DNA of 63,566 nucleotides, filler included, from Octopus bimaculoides (lineage: Eukaryota): the NCBI RefSeq assembly GCF_001194135.2. It is 6 parts of 6 records of this genome, joined end to end, with 100 filler letters (N's around TTAATTAATTAA, not from the genome) between each part and the next. Parts side by side here need not be neighbours in the genome. Positions count along the whole stretch, not along the records: positions 1 to 22,265 come from NC_068982.1; positions 22,366 to 37,472 come from NC_068993.1; 4 more parts are not named here. One strand, given 5' to 3'. Made by a program: the position numbers and the translations under genes. Numbering within the stretch: position 1 is the stretch's first letter; each line of letters opens with the position of its first letter. The notes below the pieces were generated by a model. The model saw only the letters and a list, made by a program, of their open reading frames with translations. It ran no database searches and was not told the origin of the DNA. Below are positions 13,690 to 27,094 of the stretch, in pieces.

Positions 13690-14300
13690 TATACAGAGCT
13701 AGGAGAAAATTTTCCAAATAACTTTTTAAATGAAAGTTTTCTTTAATACCATGTTGGTCCATTTTTGGCACTAATCTCAGTTTTAATACGACGCGAAACT
13801 GACTCAACAGGTTCTGAACGATTCTTAAGGGAAGTGTGAACCATCTTCAAATAAAAGATGCTTAAACTCTTTCAGTGATAATGGTGGAGTTAAGCGCCTC
13901 TTCATAGGTTGATTCAAGATGCGCCAATAAATGTTAAAACATATTGAGATCTGATGAGTTGGGGCGGGGTGGTGGCATCCAAATGGTCTGCTTAATGTTT
14001 GCTCTCTTTGTGTGAATCAGCACATTATCTTTCTGGATGATTGTGCTACCTTCAAGAAATAATGTTTATATCATAGGATGAACATTAGCCAAAGAACTCA
14101 GATACTGCTTGGCGTTAATTCTGCTATGTAGTGCAACTAGAGAACAGAGAAAATTCCTCGACATGGTTGCTCACATCATCACAGTCACCTCCATATTTTA
14201 CAACAGACGCCAAATAGTCAGGGTTGCAGATTTCGCCGTAAGTTTCGTAAAAGGGTCATTGGTGATACTTCAGACGAAACGACATTGTTCTGTTTAGCCA
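13690..14300 (-). mobile_element. Highly decayed Tc1-like transposase remnant
   Basis: Minus-strand traces VK.GGD (cf. VKHGGG), QKDNV (cf. QQDNA) and WMPPPRPNSSDLN (cf. WPPNSPDLN), with many stops. Confidence 0.5.
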
Positions 14301-14508
14301 TTGGTTACTTTGGATAGGCTAGACGCTCATTAAATTTGATGATGGTCAAGAGACATTTAGCATTTGTAGCCGATCATGATATGCCGCTTTATGGAGCTCA
14401 CGACAAATGGGTTTGGGTGACACACAGTTGGAAAGTTGGTGGTTTAGTTCTAATATCACTTTACTGTCGTAATTCGATAGTTTTGGAACGCAATAGGTGT
14501 CACTCTTC

Positions 14509-14573
<65 letters not shown>

Positions 14574-14894
14574 NNNNNNNNNNTTTGCCTTCAGCATTAA
14601 ACTTGTTAGAGTTACTTTTTTTCCCTTGGTCTTCGAACTAATCATTTGTCTGCTTTGAAAATCAGATAGTCAGGCATTCTAACTCATTTAAATACATATA
14701 TCTGAATAAAGGAAAGGTAGAGAATTATATCATGAAGTAAAAGGTATACTTATGCATCTGAACCCGTACATACGGATTGGAGCAGTTTTAGATCTGTCAC
14801 GTAGCCAATAGGGAAAGAAAGAAAAACAGGTGAATCAAAACTGATGTTTCCATTATTTGATTCAACCGTTGATTCAACATTTGTACAATGTATG

Positions 14895-14947
<53 letters not shown>

Positions 14948-15090
14948 AAAACAACAAATGGATGTATTAGTTTAACGCTCGGGAATAGAGAAAGTCTTTG
15001 ACGTTTCGAGCTACGCTCTTCGACTGAAAGGAACACAGAAAGAAATAAAGAGAGAAACAAGGAGAAAAAAAATAAATGTAGTGGTCAGCG

Positions 15091-15156
<66 letters not shown>

Positions 15157-16302
15157 ATATCTCTCTATATATATATATACATACATATCAAACACATATG
15201 CACACGCACACACACGCACGCAACTCATATACATATATTGTACAAAATGAGGTAAGAATATCATGAAATAGCTCCAACTGTGTGATTGAAATACCATATA
15301 GACATAGGTATGGTAATATAATTAAGTATTTTATACGTGAATTCAGATTCTACCATGCTGAAGTGCACTATACGTCAAGCGTATTATAAGTGAGTCCCGT
15401 GTCTAGCCATTACTGGGATTGACGCAATCACAGTTGATGCTCACCAGATAGACTACGTTTTGTTTGGTAGAAAATTTGATCTGGCATTCACTAGAACATC
15501 TAGCACATTTGGCTCCTTTAACTGGAAATATTCGGACCAGGTCTCTAGTTTCTACCTGACATTATTCCCACCGACCTTAGAGATAATTACAGAACACTTC
15601 CTCCAGATACCAGAAAATTAACCAAAAGTATGAATGCAATTGCATCAAAAACGAAATTCTGTACACATACGTAGAAAGCTAATTTCCTGTTGATTTCGGT
15701 GTTTATATTTATACATATAGTAAACGTATTCAAATATAGAGATTTCTTCTATTAGTTGATACTTTTTGATAATGGTTCATCTAATCCTTACAACCATATA
15801 ATTGAATACTAGAGAGAAGATCGCTGTAAAGTAAAAACAATATTTTGCAAAACAATAAAAATCAATTGATAATATATTGTGTTCAGTAACTAATTATCCT
15901 ATTCTTTGATTTACTATCGTCAGCATTTTCTGAAGTAAGAGAACAGATTTTGGTTTTTGCCTATAAATGACACTAGTATTACACAAAATAGTAGAAACTT
16001 CATTTCGAATTCTTTCGCATATTTTAATCAAGTATCAATAATTTTCTAAATAATAAAAACTTAAAAACAAGTAAATGAAATTGCAGTAGTCCAATACACC
16101 CATAACAATTGTTAATCCATGTGGTGCGTTGAAGATAAATAGATCAAAATATTTACAGTGATTTATCATGTCCTTGAAGGTAATGCTTGCTGGTCAAAAT
16201 GTATACAATAAAGATGTTATGGGAACACGTGTCGATATACGTACATACATACGTATATATACATATATGCTTGCATGCATGCGTAGAGAGAGAGAAACAA
16301 AG

Positions 16303-16388
<86 letters not shown>

Positions 16389-16663
16389 ATAGACAGATAG
16401 ATAGATACACTTTAATTATTATCCTCAAACCACATAGACAGATGTTAAGTCTTTCGTCTCGTCAGACTTATCTGTGGAGACAGAGTTGGAAAATCTGGCT
16501 TTGTGGTATATATATAAGACAATAAACATAAGAAATCCTTACTCTATATTACTGAGGTGTTACTTATCGAGGATTACTGCACTCTGGTATTTGAAATTTG
16601 TCTATGTATACATAAATGCATGCATGCATACATACATACATACATACATACATACATCTACAC

Positions 16664-16704
<41 letters not shown>

Positions 16705-17039
16705 TACATATACACACATATGACAAAAGTAAATAGCCACACTTATAATCGTTAAAATTAAAATCTAAATTATACATTCAAATTATTTATTAATTGTTAT
16801 AATGTGAATATTTGATATTTAATAGAAATGCCCTTTGCTCTTTTCAGTGCAAGGACCCTACTAGGTATGCTACAGATCAGATGACGAATATTCTCTTGTG
16901 GAATTTCTTGTCAAGTTTCATACAGTGATCCCAAAAGACTTGGCTTTGACGATACTTTTTACATACATTGCTATGAGACATATAGATGTTCTAAAAGAAC
17001 ACAATAAAACTAATGGCGATATGATAGATGTAAAAAAAA

Positions 17040-19452
17040 AAAAGGCAATCTACGACAGCATAAAGGCAAAACTACAGGAGAACGATAGTGACATCATTTG
17101 CAAGCTTAAACAGGTTTACCGGTGGAAGCTGAAGCAAGAAACGAAAAATGTGAAAAAAATTCTGAAATACATCAGAACAAATAACATCACGGAAACAAAT
17201 AATTTGATCAAGGCAGCAAGTATTGTTGTAGCAGAAAATGTGGGTGTCGATGTCAAGAAAAGGAAACATAATGAGAAAATTAAAAGGTTTTGCAGTGACA
17301 TCTGGGGCAAAGACAAGGAGCACAAAAAGGATGCTGAATGGTTGCAAGAACTGAAACAAACAGTAGTCTGTCCAAAACAGGCAGAACTAGTCATTTCAGT
17401 TAGGGAAGTGAAGGAAATCAACAAAAAATGAGCAACTGGAAGGCCCCGGAACCAGATGCAGTTCAAGGCTACTAGATCAAAAAAGATTTGGTGAATGTCA
17501 TGCACGAATAGCTGTGCAACTCAACACCTTGTTAAATGCCGACCAAGTAACACCAGAGAAATTGACATTGGGTAAGACAGTACTGTGCTTGAAAAACATC
17601 GAAAAAAGCTATACGCCGATATCCTGTTTGCCATTTATGTGGAAGTTGTCGACTAGAATACTCGCAGAGTCAATGTACGAACATCTGGAAAAAAATGAAG
17701 TCCTGCCATATGAGCAGAAGGGTTGCAAGCGTAAGTGCAGAGGTTCCAAGGATCAACTCCTGATAGACAAAACTGTACTTAGAGACTGCAAGAGGAGGAA
17801 AAGTAACTTAGCCATGTCATGGATCGACTATCGTAGGGGGTACGATATGATCCCACATTTTTGGATTATAGAATGTATGAACCTATTTGATATTGCATCA
17901 AATGTGGAACGATTGTTTGGAAAAAGTATGGCGAATTGGATGACGAACTTGACAGCATACGGAAGAAGTTTAGGGACAGTAAAAATTAGGATAGGCATCT
18001 TTCAAAGGGACTGGCTGTTCCCATTGATCTTTGTACTGTGCTTGGTACCACTAACACTGATTCTGAGGAAAGCAAAAGCTGGGTACGTATTCAAAAACTG
18101 CCAACAAAAAGTCAGCCATTTGTTATTCATGGATGACCTCAAACTTCATGGTAAAAATGAAGCCCAAGTCAGTTCTCTCGTTGATACGGGGTATACCTTC
18201 AGTGCTGATATCAGAATTGAGTTCGCACTGAGAAAGTGTGGTGTGTTAGCCTTGAAGAAAGGCAAAATTGAATGTATGGACGGGCTAACGATACCGTCGG
18301 GGGAGGTTATGAAGCAGATAGAAGAGACGGACTATAAGTACTTAGAGATTTTGGAAATAGATAAATTGATGGAGAACGAAATGACAGAAAAATTTAAGAT
18401 GGAGTACTTGCGCAGACTGAGACTGATCCTTAAGTCGAAATTAAATGGACGGAATAAGATTGAAGCTATCAACACCTGGGCGCTTTCACAGTTTAGATAA
18501 GGAGCAGGGGTAATCACATGGACAGTAGACAACTAAACAGCTTAGATTGAAAGACAAGGAAGTTGCTAACTAGATATGGGACATTCCACCCAAAAAGTGA
18601 CACAGAGAGATTGTACGTACCAAGAAAAAGAGATGAATGAGGACTTATTGGATGCGAACACAGCATCAGAGCAGCAGAAAACATAGCAATGTATGTAAAA
18701 AATGCCACAGAACCGCTATTATAATGTCTGGCTTTGTAGGAAGAAAGATTGCAAAGATAAAGCACTGTACAAGAAATTAAAAACGAATGAAACTGAAAAT
18801 GGGTGGATAAAGAAAAGAATGCATTGTCAATTTCATAGGGATGTTGAAGATAAGCCAGACAGAGAAAAATTGGCTGTGGATGACTAAAAGTGATTTAAAA
18901 CCGGAAACGGAGGCTCTAATCTGCGCTGCCCGAGAGCAAGCACTAAGAACAAACTACATAAAATACAGAATAGACAACACAGCAGAAAGTTATAAGTGCA
19001 GAATCTGTGGACAAAACGGTGAAACCGTATGACAATATAGCTAGGCTTGCTCATTGGACTCTTTCCAACAAGTATGGACTTGACAGAGAAAAAAATTGGT
19101 ACGACCACAAACCCAAGGCATCGTCGAAAATAAAAATGCAAAGATCCTATGGGTACGCTATAAGGCAGAAAGACAGGTTAGCTTGGGAAGTTAAGTAGTT
19201 GTGGTCGATGAAAAAGTTAGCAGTAGTACCAACAATTGTCGGAGCCCTAGGAAGAGTGAGCAAAAATCTCGAGAAGTACGTGGAACAAATAGGGGCTGCA
19301 ACAAGGGTGGAGCACTTGCAGAAAACAGCACTGCTTTGAACCGTTCGAATACTCCGTAAGGTGCTAGAAAAGTAAGAGGTGTTACCTTAATTCACTGGTA
19401 GTGAACAGCTGACATTGTAGTACATCTCCAGCTTTAGTAGCTGTTGCAAAGC

Positions 19453-19508
<56 letters not shown>

Positions 19509-19537
19509 TTGATAATAATAATAATAATAATAATAAC

Positions 19538-19570
<33 letters not shown>
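17040..19570 (+). mobile_element. R4/Dong-type non-LTR retrotransposon (RT, zinc knuckle, partly deleted RLE), 5'-truncated, with (AAT)n tail
   Basis: ORF 17514-18500 contains RT motifs [33 protein letters not shown] and LFMDDLKL. It continues with frameshifts into TEALICAAREQAL, CRICG and VVP.IVGALG..LQKTALL..RILRKVL. 3' UTR ends at 19453; (AAT)n runs 19454-19570. Confidence 0.92.
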
Positions 19571-19573
<3 letters not shown>

Positions 19574-19749
19574 GGTCTTACATGTTGGCACAAGTCCAGC
19601 AATTTCAGGGAAGATTGAAAGTGACTGGAATTGAAACTCGCATTGTCGACGGCAGAGAAGTTCAATCCTGTATTTTTCAGGAATCATGAGAAAGATTTCA
19701 GAACCGTTGTCACCAAACTTCAGGATAAAATACCTGCCAATTTAATGAT

Positions 19750-19786
19750 AGTGCTACTACTGCTATTGCTGTTGCTGCTGCTACTG

Positions 19787-19836
<50 letters not shown>

Positions 19837-19943
19837 GCTGCTGCTGCTGTTGCTGCCGCTAGGGCTGGTTCTGCTACTACTAGCGCTGATACTGATACTA
19901 TGACTACTAATACGAAGACTGCTGGGACTTCTGCGGCTGCTTT

Positions 19944-19995
<52 letters not shown>
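19750..19995. repeat. Compound (CTA)n/(CTG)n trinucleotide repeats
   Basis: Directly visible. Produces the spurious poly-L/T/S/V ORFs in the ORF track. Confidence 0.95.
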
Positions 19996-19996
<1 letters not shown>

Positions 19997-20611
19997 TTGT
20001 TGCATACCCCAAAGACACGCGCACGCGCATAATCATATATAATCATAAATGCCTAAAAGTGCTCGTGTTTCACCATAGCGAGTGGCGGGGTTAATTATAA
20101 AAGAAAAGAAGAAAAAGAGAGAAATATTTTTCAAAAAACTGATTCAATTTAAAATTAATTTTTGATTTAATAAAAATTATTACAAAATTGCTTCTAATGT
20201 TTTATTACTTGCAAAGTTTATTTTTTCAAATTTATGTCAAACATATGTGCACAACATGTCATACACATTTACCTACCCTTTCTTATATTAAATGTATGTG
20301 TTTGAGCTTACGTTTGTGCGTGCCGATCCGTGCGTTCCGGCGTTTCTGGTTAAATCCCTTTGAAATCAATATGTATATTCAAATACATATACACTTCAGT
20401 GGGAAGTTATATTGAAATTCAGATGTTTCTCTCGTTATTTCTCTCCCCACTCTCTCCCCTTCCCTTTTTCTCTCTCCCGCCTCCTCCTCTCTCTCTCCCC
20501 CCTCTCTCTCTCTCTCTCTGTCTCTCTCTCGGTATTTTTATTCTTGTGTGCGCGGGTTTGTGTGTACATTTTCTCATTCTGTATGAATACAGTGAAACCT
20601 TGAATTATATG

Positions 20612-20649
<38 letters not shown>

Positions 20650-20785
20650 GTGAATATACACACATATGTGTATAAGTGCATGCATGCATGTATGTCTCTG
20701 TGTGTATATGTGTATATACACACATACACACACACTCATATATATAATTATATACATATAAACACACACACACACACATATGTAG

Positions 20786-20838
<53 letters not shown>

Positions 20839-21499
20839 CATGGATATGCGTATATATATATAGGTTATAAAGGACACAGGTTTCGTGTGTCACATAGCTA
20901 GCTAGAGGCGATGGCTTCTTGGAGCTAATTCACGGCAGCTTTCGTCCTAATTTTGGGACTGCCATGTTGGCTTGGCGATAACTATTAATTTCCAGTACCG
21001 CTGCCGTAGTCTCCTTTAGAGAGACTTAGAAATATTAATAACTCTATTTCTGAAAACCAGTGGANNNNNNNNNNNNNNNNNNNNNNNNNNNNNNNNNNNN
21101 NNNNNNNNNNNNNNNNNNNNNNNNNNNNNNNNNNNNNNNNNNNNNNNNNNNNNNNNNNNNNNNNNNNNNNNNNNNNNNNNNNNNNNNNNNNNNNNNNNNN
21201 NNNNNNNNNNNNNNNNNNNNNNNNNNNNNNNNNNNNNNNNNNNNNNNNNNNNNNNNNNNNNNNNNNNNNNNNNGAGTGCGTGAGTGCACAAATGTGTGTG
21301 TATAAATATATTAAGATATAGGCGGTGAATTAGTTGAATCGTTAGGCTGCTGAATAGAATATTGTTCCAACTCTCTCTATATTATGATTTCAAAACAAAC
21401 CATGATGAAATATGCATTTCTTAATTTTTGGTCGAGAAATAAAATAACCACCCGTGCCAGTAGACGAGGCGAAATTCATCCTGAGTTCAAATCTCGTCA

Positions 21500-22260
21500 T
21501 GCCCTATAGGGTTGCAGGCATTCCGCAAGATCTCCTGTCTGAGAAGATTTCTCTCTCGTGAATCTCGATCTCCTGGTAAAAGTCATAGATACACCTCTTC
21601 CCTCCAGGCTAATACGTATGCATGTATTGGTTTGAGAGGTGGTGGAGAAAGAAAATTAATAGGATATAATGATGAAGCAGGAATGGAAAAAAATAATTAT
21701 AAGGACTGAATAAGTGGATTCACGTCGTAGGGCATATGTTTGGAGAGAAAATAAGCTACTGTTCTGTTTGATAGCGCATAGTTATACACCCGACGAAGTT
21801 TCGCCGAAGAGCAAAAGGTGTTAGTTCAATGGACAGTGGAGGTGTAATGACAGGAAATAGGTTAACCGTTGACAAGTTATATGTCTCTGAGATGCTTTGT
21901 GAACATGTTTCTTTGTCCGTGGCTGATTTGCTTCACATACATAAAATTACAGAAGGAACATTGGCATACATATATCAGGCTATTAGGTGTGAGGTAAAAG
22001 GAGTCTCAAATATGGTAGACGCGGTGGTTCAGGATCGTAAGTTTTGTGGTATTTGAGAGGGCAAGTTAAGCATGGCAGCAGAAAACAAGACTGGGACGAT
22101 CAGGAGAGAAGAAAGAGTTATAGGCAAGCCCCTGTGGAGGTTGTGAATATGGTTAAAAAGAAGTAAAGAGTATGCAAAGGGTGTGTGGTTGGAGGAGGTC
22201 CTTGATGGAGAGTGTGACTGGCGAAGGGCGATCAATTACATGGGCACAAGAAAGAACTAT
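21500..22260 (-). mobile_element. Probable decayed LINE 3' fragment (CR1/L2-like)
   Basis: Purine-rich + strand. Minus-strand translation has only weak resemblance to CR1-type ORF2 C-termini and no clean motif. Confidence 0.3.
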
Positions 22261-22265
22261 TTGCA

Positions 22266-22365
22266 NNNNNNNNNNNNNNNNNNNNNNNNNNNNNNNNNNN
22301 NNNNNNNNNTTAATTAATTAANNNNNNNNNNNNNNNNNNNNNNNNNNNNNNNNNNNNNNNNNNNN
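22266..22365. other. Artificial 100-bp assembly spacer (44N-TTAATTAATTAA-44N)
   Basis: Palindromic 12-mer at 22310-22321 with stops in all six frames, centred in exactly 100 bp. Confidence 0.97.
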
Positions 22366-22682
22366 TATATATATGTATGTATATATATACATTTTGACAG
22401 ACCGGTCACTGGACAATCTTATATGTATGTATATATATATATATGTATGTGTATATATATATGTATATATATATGTATGTGTATATATATATGTATATAT
22501 ATATGTATGTATATATATATATATGTATGTATATATATATGTATGTGTATATATATATGTATATATATATGTATGTGTATATATATGTATGTATATATAT
22601 ATGTATGTGTATATATATATGTATATATGTATGTATGTGTGTGTATATATATATATATATATACGTGCACACACACATCACA

Positions 22683-22960
22683 CTGTATTGACCAGACTAT
22701 TGGATGTTATACACCATTAGCCACAATATGCTTCCAATTCTTTCTTGAGTCTACCATTCTTTTCCATCTTGGTTCAACTTGTTGAACGAAATTGTCTTAT
22801 CATTGTGGAGGCCTTCCGAATGGCCTTTCCCGATCTCTTGGGTACCACTCAGAAACCGAATTGGTCCACCTGTTGTCTGTGAACCTTAAATAAAATTTGT
22901 TCCCACTCAAAACAACTTTTGCCATAATTTTGACTACATTTTTTACTGAGTCCCACCATC
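22683..22960 (-). mobile_element. RTE LINE 3' fragment
   Basis: Aligns by eye with the 3' end of the 32.5-33.8k RTE element (GTATTGACCAG..CCATTCTTTTCCATCTTG..GGAGGCCTTCC..TTGTTGTCTGT). Confidence 0.7.
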
Positions 22961-23089
22961 AGTAAATATGCAATTAGTATTCTTAAATTTATTTAAAAAT
23001 AACTTTAAATGAACATTTACACACACACACACACACACACACATTTATTCTTATTTTAACTCTCTTTCATCATCATCATCATCTTTCAG

Positions 23090-23151
23090 GTGGTCAGAAT
23101 AATGTTGCCATCAATCTGATTGTTCTTCATGTTCATAAAGAACTACAGAAG
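23090..23151 (+). CDS. UCKL1: UCKL1 internal coding exon A (end of kinase domain)
   Basis: tttcAG acceptor at 23088-89, GTAAAG donor at 23152. 62 nt, phase 1->0, encoding (G)GQNNVAINLIVLHVHKELQK. Matches recalled human UCKL1 [21 protein letters not shown]. Confidence 0.9.
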
Positions 23152-24253
23152 GTAAAGTCCTTTAATAAAGTCTTTTTTATTTGGTAAACTTGATGTCATA
23201 TCATTATAGAAGTAATTACATTTATGGCAGGGGTGGGGGTAGAAGTGGTGACTCACATCATGAACAGTTTTGGTTCCATAGTAGCTGGCAATATGGATAG
23301 TAAATTATGTATGGTGTTATGGTGTGTGGAGTGAATTATATGTTTATTTGTATATGGAGGCAGCATGGTGGTCCCAGGTTCAATCCTACTGTATAGCATC
23401 TTGTGTAAGTGTATTTTACCATAGCCTTGGGTTGACCCAAGCCTTGTGAATATAATTGAGTGCATGGAAACTGTGTAGAAGCCTGAAGGGGTTCAGCTTT
23501 GTACTTAGCTACTGTAATGTTAAATCAAGGAGTTGGTTATTTATTTGCTCAAATAACTGAATAGTGTTGAATATAGTGGAGATATGAATGGATTTCTGCT
23601 GACTTTCAATGATACTCTCTAGGACTGGAATATAATAGCAGTTGGTAATTTAATAAATACAGTGATGATAGAGTAGAATAACAGAGAGAGAAAGGGCCAA
23701 GATAGAAAGGTGGTAAAGTGAAACTGTAACCATAACCTTTTAACATTTAAACCGTCCATATCCAGCCCAAATATTTTACCTGTTCAATGTTCAAACCTCT
23801 CACACCTACCCTACAATGTCATTCTAAAAATATACAATTACATCTTTCAAATCTTGGAACTACAAGACAGTGCATGATTACTTCAAAACAATGTAAATAA
23901 GTAAGTGCTGAATTTGGCAGAGTAATATGAATGCTAAAGGGTTAAGTTTGTTAAATAACTTAGTGAATTTGTCCAAAGTGGAAACTGAAAAATCAGTAAC
24001 AATTTCATCATCATTTTAATTTCTACTTTTCCATGCTTGGTTGGACTGGATGGAGTTTAAGATAGTTTTGGGGGCTGGATATTCTTCCTGTCACCTTGTT
24101 TCTAAGCATGATAATATTTCTCCATGGCCCAACATGTTTTCACAAAAGATTGAAAATGAATGACATTACGTGCATAATGGTGATGCACATTTAGAACTAT
24201 TGCGTAATGTGAAAAAACACAGAGACACACACACGCACGCACACACACACACT

Positions 24254-24339
<86 letters not shown>

Positions 24340-24626
24340 TTTTTTCAGTTACCATCTATCAAGTTTAATCACAAGGCTTTGGTTGGCCCAATGTTGCAGA
24401 AGGCATTTACCAAAAGTGCCACTCAGTGAAACTGAACCTGGAACCATGTGGTTGGGGAAGGAACATTTTAGCCACACAGCTCAGCCTGCACCTTAACAGT
24501 TAAACAGTTGTATAAGCAGTACCACCTCACCATTACAATACATAAACAAACAATGAATGAATATAAAATCATTTTACTAATCACTGTCTTTTATCCCTTC
24601 TCCTTTCCTTTTTCCCTAACTTGCAG

Positions 24627-24745
24627 CATGGGTTTAAACTGAGGTCAAAGTTAGCAACTTCAGCTATGGCAGGTCAACCAATGCCAGACAATCTTCATGT
24701 TCTAGAAATGTCACCCCAAGTCCAAGGTCTTCATACATTTATTAG
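24627..24745 (+). CDS. UCKL1: UCKL1 internal coding exon B
   Basis: Polypyrimidine tract + ttgcAG acceptor, GTAAGT donor at 24746. 119 nt, phase 0->2, encoding HGFKLRSKLATSAMAGQPMPDNLHVLEMSPQVQGLHTFI(R). Compare human [39 protein letters not shown]. Confidence 0.92.
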
Positions 24746-27000
24746 GTAAGTTGGCTTTCGTTGCTTCTGCCTGCATCCTTCTTGATTTTCTGCTTCTACT
24801 TTGATTTTATGGCACTTCTTTACTCAACTGTCAACTTGCATATGCATTACACACATACACAAAGCAGGTGTGTATATTAGTATATTTGCAATCAATATAA
24901 AAACAAAAATATTAGCATGCATATTTGTGTGTCATCATTGAACATCCATGTTCCACAAGTGTGTGTTTATATATGTGTAATATATGAATGTGTGTATGTT
25001 CCTTATGGATTTGAAAATGGAGTTGCCGATTTTGACTTATGAGGTATCAAAAGATTCAGTAATCTTTTGGCTACCAAATAAAGAATGTTTTTTGGGCAAC
25101 TTTTTTTTACTACAAAAATAACCTCAAAAACAAGGTTAAGTCCCTCAAAGCAACTCTGCCTGAACAATTTATGTGGAGTTTTACCAGGGAATGAAACTTC
25201 GAAGATATACCACCAACTTTATTAGTATTATTTAGTAGATAATCTTTTAATGTGAAGTATGTCTGTGTTTTGTTTAGCCCAGAGTTGCCTCTGATGTAGC
25301 AAATCCATTGCGTAGTTTTTCTTTCTTCCTGAAATACTGTAAATCTGTGTCTTTCTGTTGATGAAAGGATGTTTTTATGAGAGATTTGGCTGCTTTTTGT
25401 AGTAGCTCAAGTTATCACAGAGACACCTGTATGTAGGTGTCTGTGTGTGTGTGTTTTGTTGTGGTGAAAAAAAAACCTTTTTTTTTTTTTTTGAGAATAT
25501 TTTGCTGAAGTAGTTCACATCCACCATGCTGTATATCATATGATTTCAGTGTTCCCTGGCTCAGATGGTTACATGCTATGTAACCCATAGCTGGAATACT
25601 GACAGGTGTTACTACTCAGAGCAGACCTGAGAACAACAGTGGCTGAGAGGTAGTTCCACACTCCTCAACATCCTGTAACTCTCAAACTAGAGCCCTGCTA
25701 CTAGATGCAGTTTCAAGTCATATCCAGGACAATACACACACATACACATAGGTATGTAGCAGGGTAGTCGGGCTATTTTGCCCCAATATAGCAGCTCACT
25801 GGCACTGCGTTCCTCTGTCTGTTAGAAGCTGGCGGCGGAAGAATACCCTTGGTGACTTCTGCCCAGCCGGACTGGCAGGAATCTGAAGAGAACAAGTTTA
25901 GTTGCCATCCAGATGCTGAAAAACAAATACGCTATTATTGCCTGTCCAGTGACTGTGGGTCACATGGAATGATATGTTGATATATTGCTTATATATTCTC
26001 ATGAGAACAACTCAATGCATTTTCTATTCCATGCAATGCATGGATATTATTACTGACTATCTAGTAAGAGTGTTAACTCCTCTCTGCCCACATCACTCAA
26101 GTGGATTCTCATCTCTGTCATTGCATGCATTCTGATATACAGCAATAAGAATTGCAGTTATTTAGCTTCGTTCATTTGTTATACTGTGTTAACTTCTATG
26201 TAAATAAATTTGTGATATGTTAACTTAAAAAAAAAATGCTTCTGATCTAACTTTATTCCAACAGACACTCATGTACAATACTTGTATCTTAATTGCATAC
26301 TAAATTGGTAGCTCAACACCTTATTACTCTAGTAACCTCTTGTTATAGGTATAATAGAACAAAAGCATAAACAGGCAGTCACCAAGTATCAAATCAATTT
26401 ATAACATAATTTAGATAATGTATTGAAGAGAAATGCAAATATATATAAAAAAATGTATACAGTAGGAACCCAGAAAGAATCCAGTATGTGAAAAGTTTGT
26501 AATAGTTCAGCTGTAGATAAGTACACTCCAGGATGAGGTAGAAAGGAAGGAAAAGAGTTGTGTATGTAGTGCTTTACAGCTGTTTCTAGAATAGTTGCAT
26601 GTTTGCTACAGTTCTCTGTATATTGTCTGCAACACCAAAATGTTAGGTGCAACTTATCTCATCATCATCAGAAGACTGACTATATATATATATTTATATC
26701 TTTTATTGAAAATAATGCTTATCAAGTACACCTCCCCATCTCTTCCTGTAGATAATAGAGTGGATAAGGTATTGCCCTACTTATTTTAGAATCAGGAATT
26801 CAGATTTCTTGCAGCTAGGTTGTTATGTTTCTTATTAGGACATTTTATTCTAAATGACCACAGTTCACCTAGCTGTCCATTGATCAAGAAAGGTCAAGTA
26901 GTAATTTACTATTTGTTGCATGGAATGCTAAATATTTTTTCTTCTCTATCAGTTGTATTAGTCTAAAGTTTTCTACTTTGTCTCTTTCTCTTTGCATCAG

Positions 27001-27094
27001 AAACTGCTACACACCCAGGAGCGAGTTCATCTTCTATTCCAAACGCTTGCTAAGAATGCTTTTTGAGCTTGCCTTATCCATGTTGCCTTTTAGG
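27001..27094 (+). CDS. UCKL1: UCKL1 internal coding exon C
   Basis: catcAG acceptor, GTAAGT donor at 27095. 94 nt, phase 2->0, encoding NCYTPRSEFIFYSKRLLRMLFELALSMLPFR. Carries the UPRT-family FIFYSKRL motif. Confidence 0.95.

Noticed and set aside
16848-16928. Possible exon after a strong acceptor (ttttcAG|TGCAAGGACC..)
   Set aside because: The peptide CKDPTRYATDQ.. matches nothing I recognise and ends in a stop just upstream of the R4 element.
22310-22321. TTAATTAATTAA as a recurring biological motif (overlapping PacI-like sites, homeodomain site)
   Set aside because: Always centred in 44+44 N, so it is an assembly linker.
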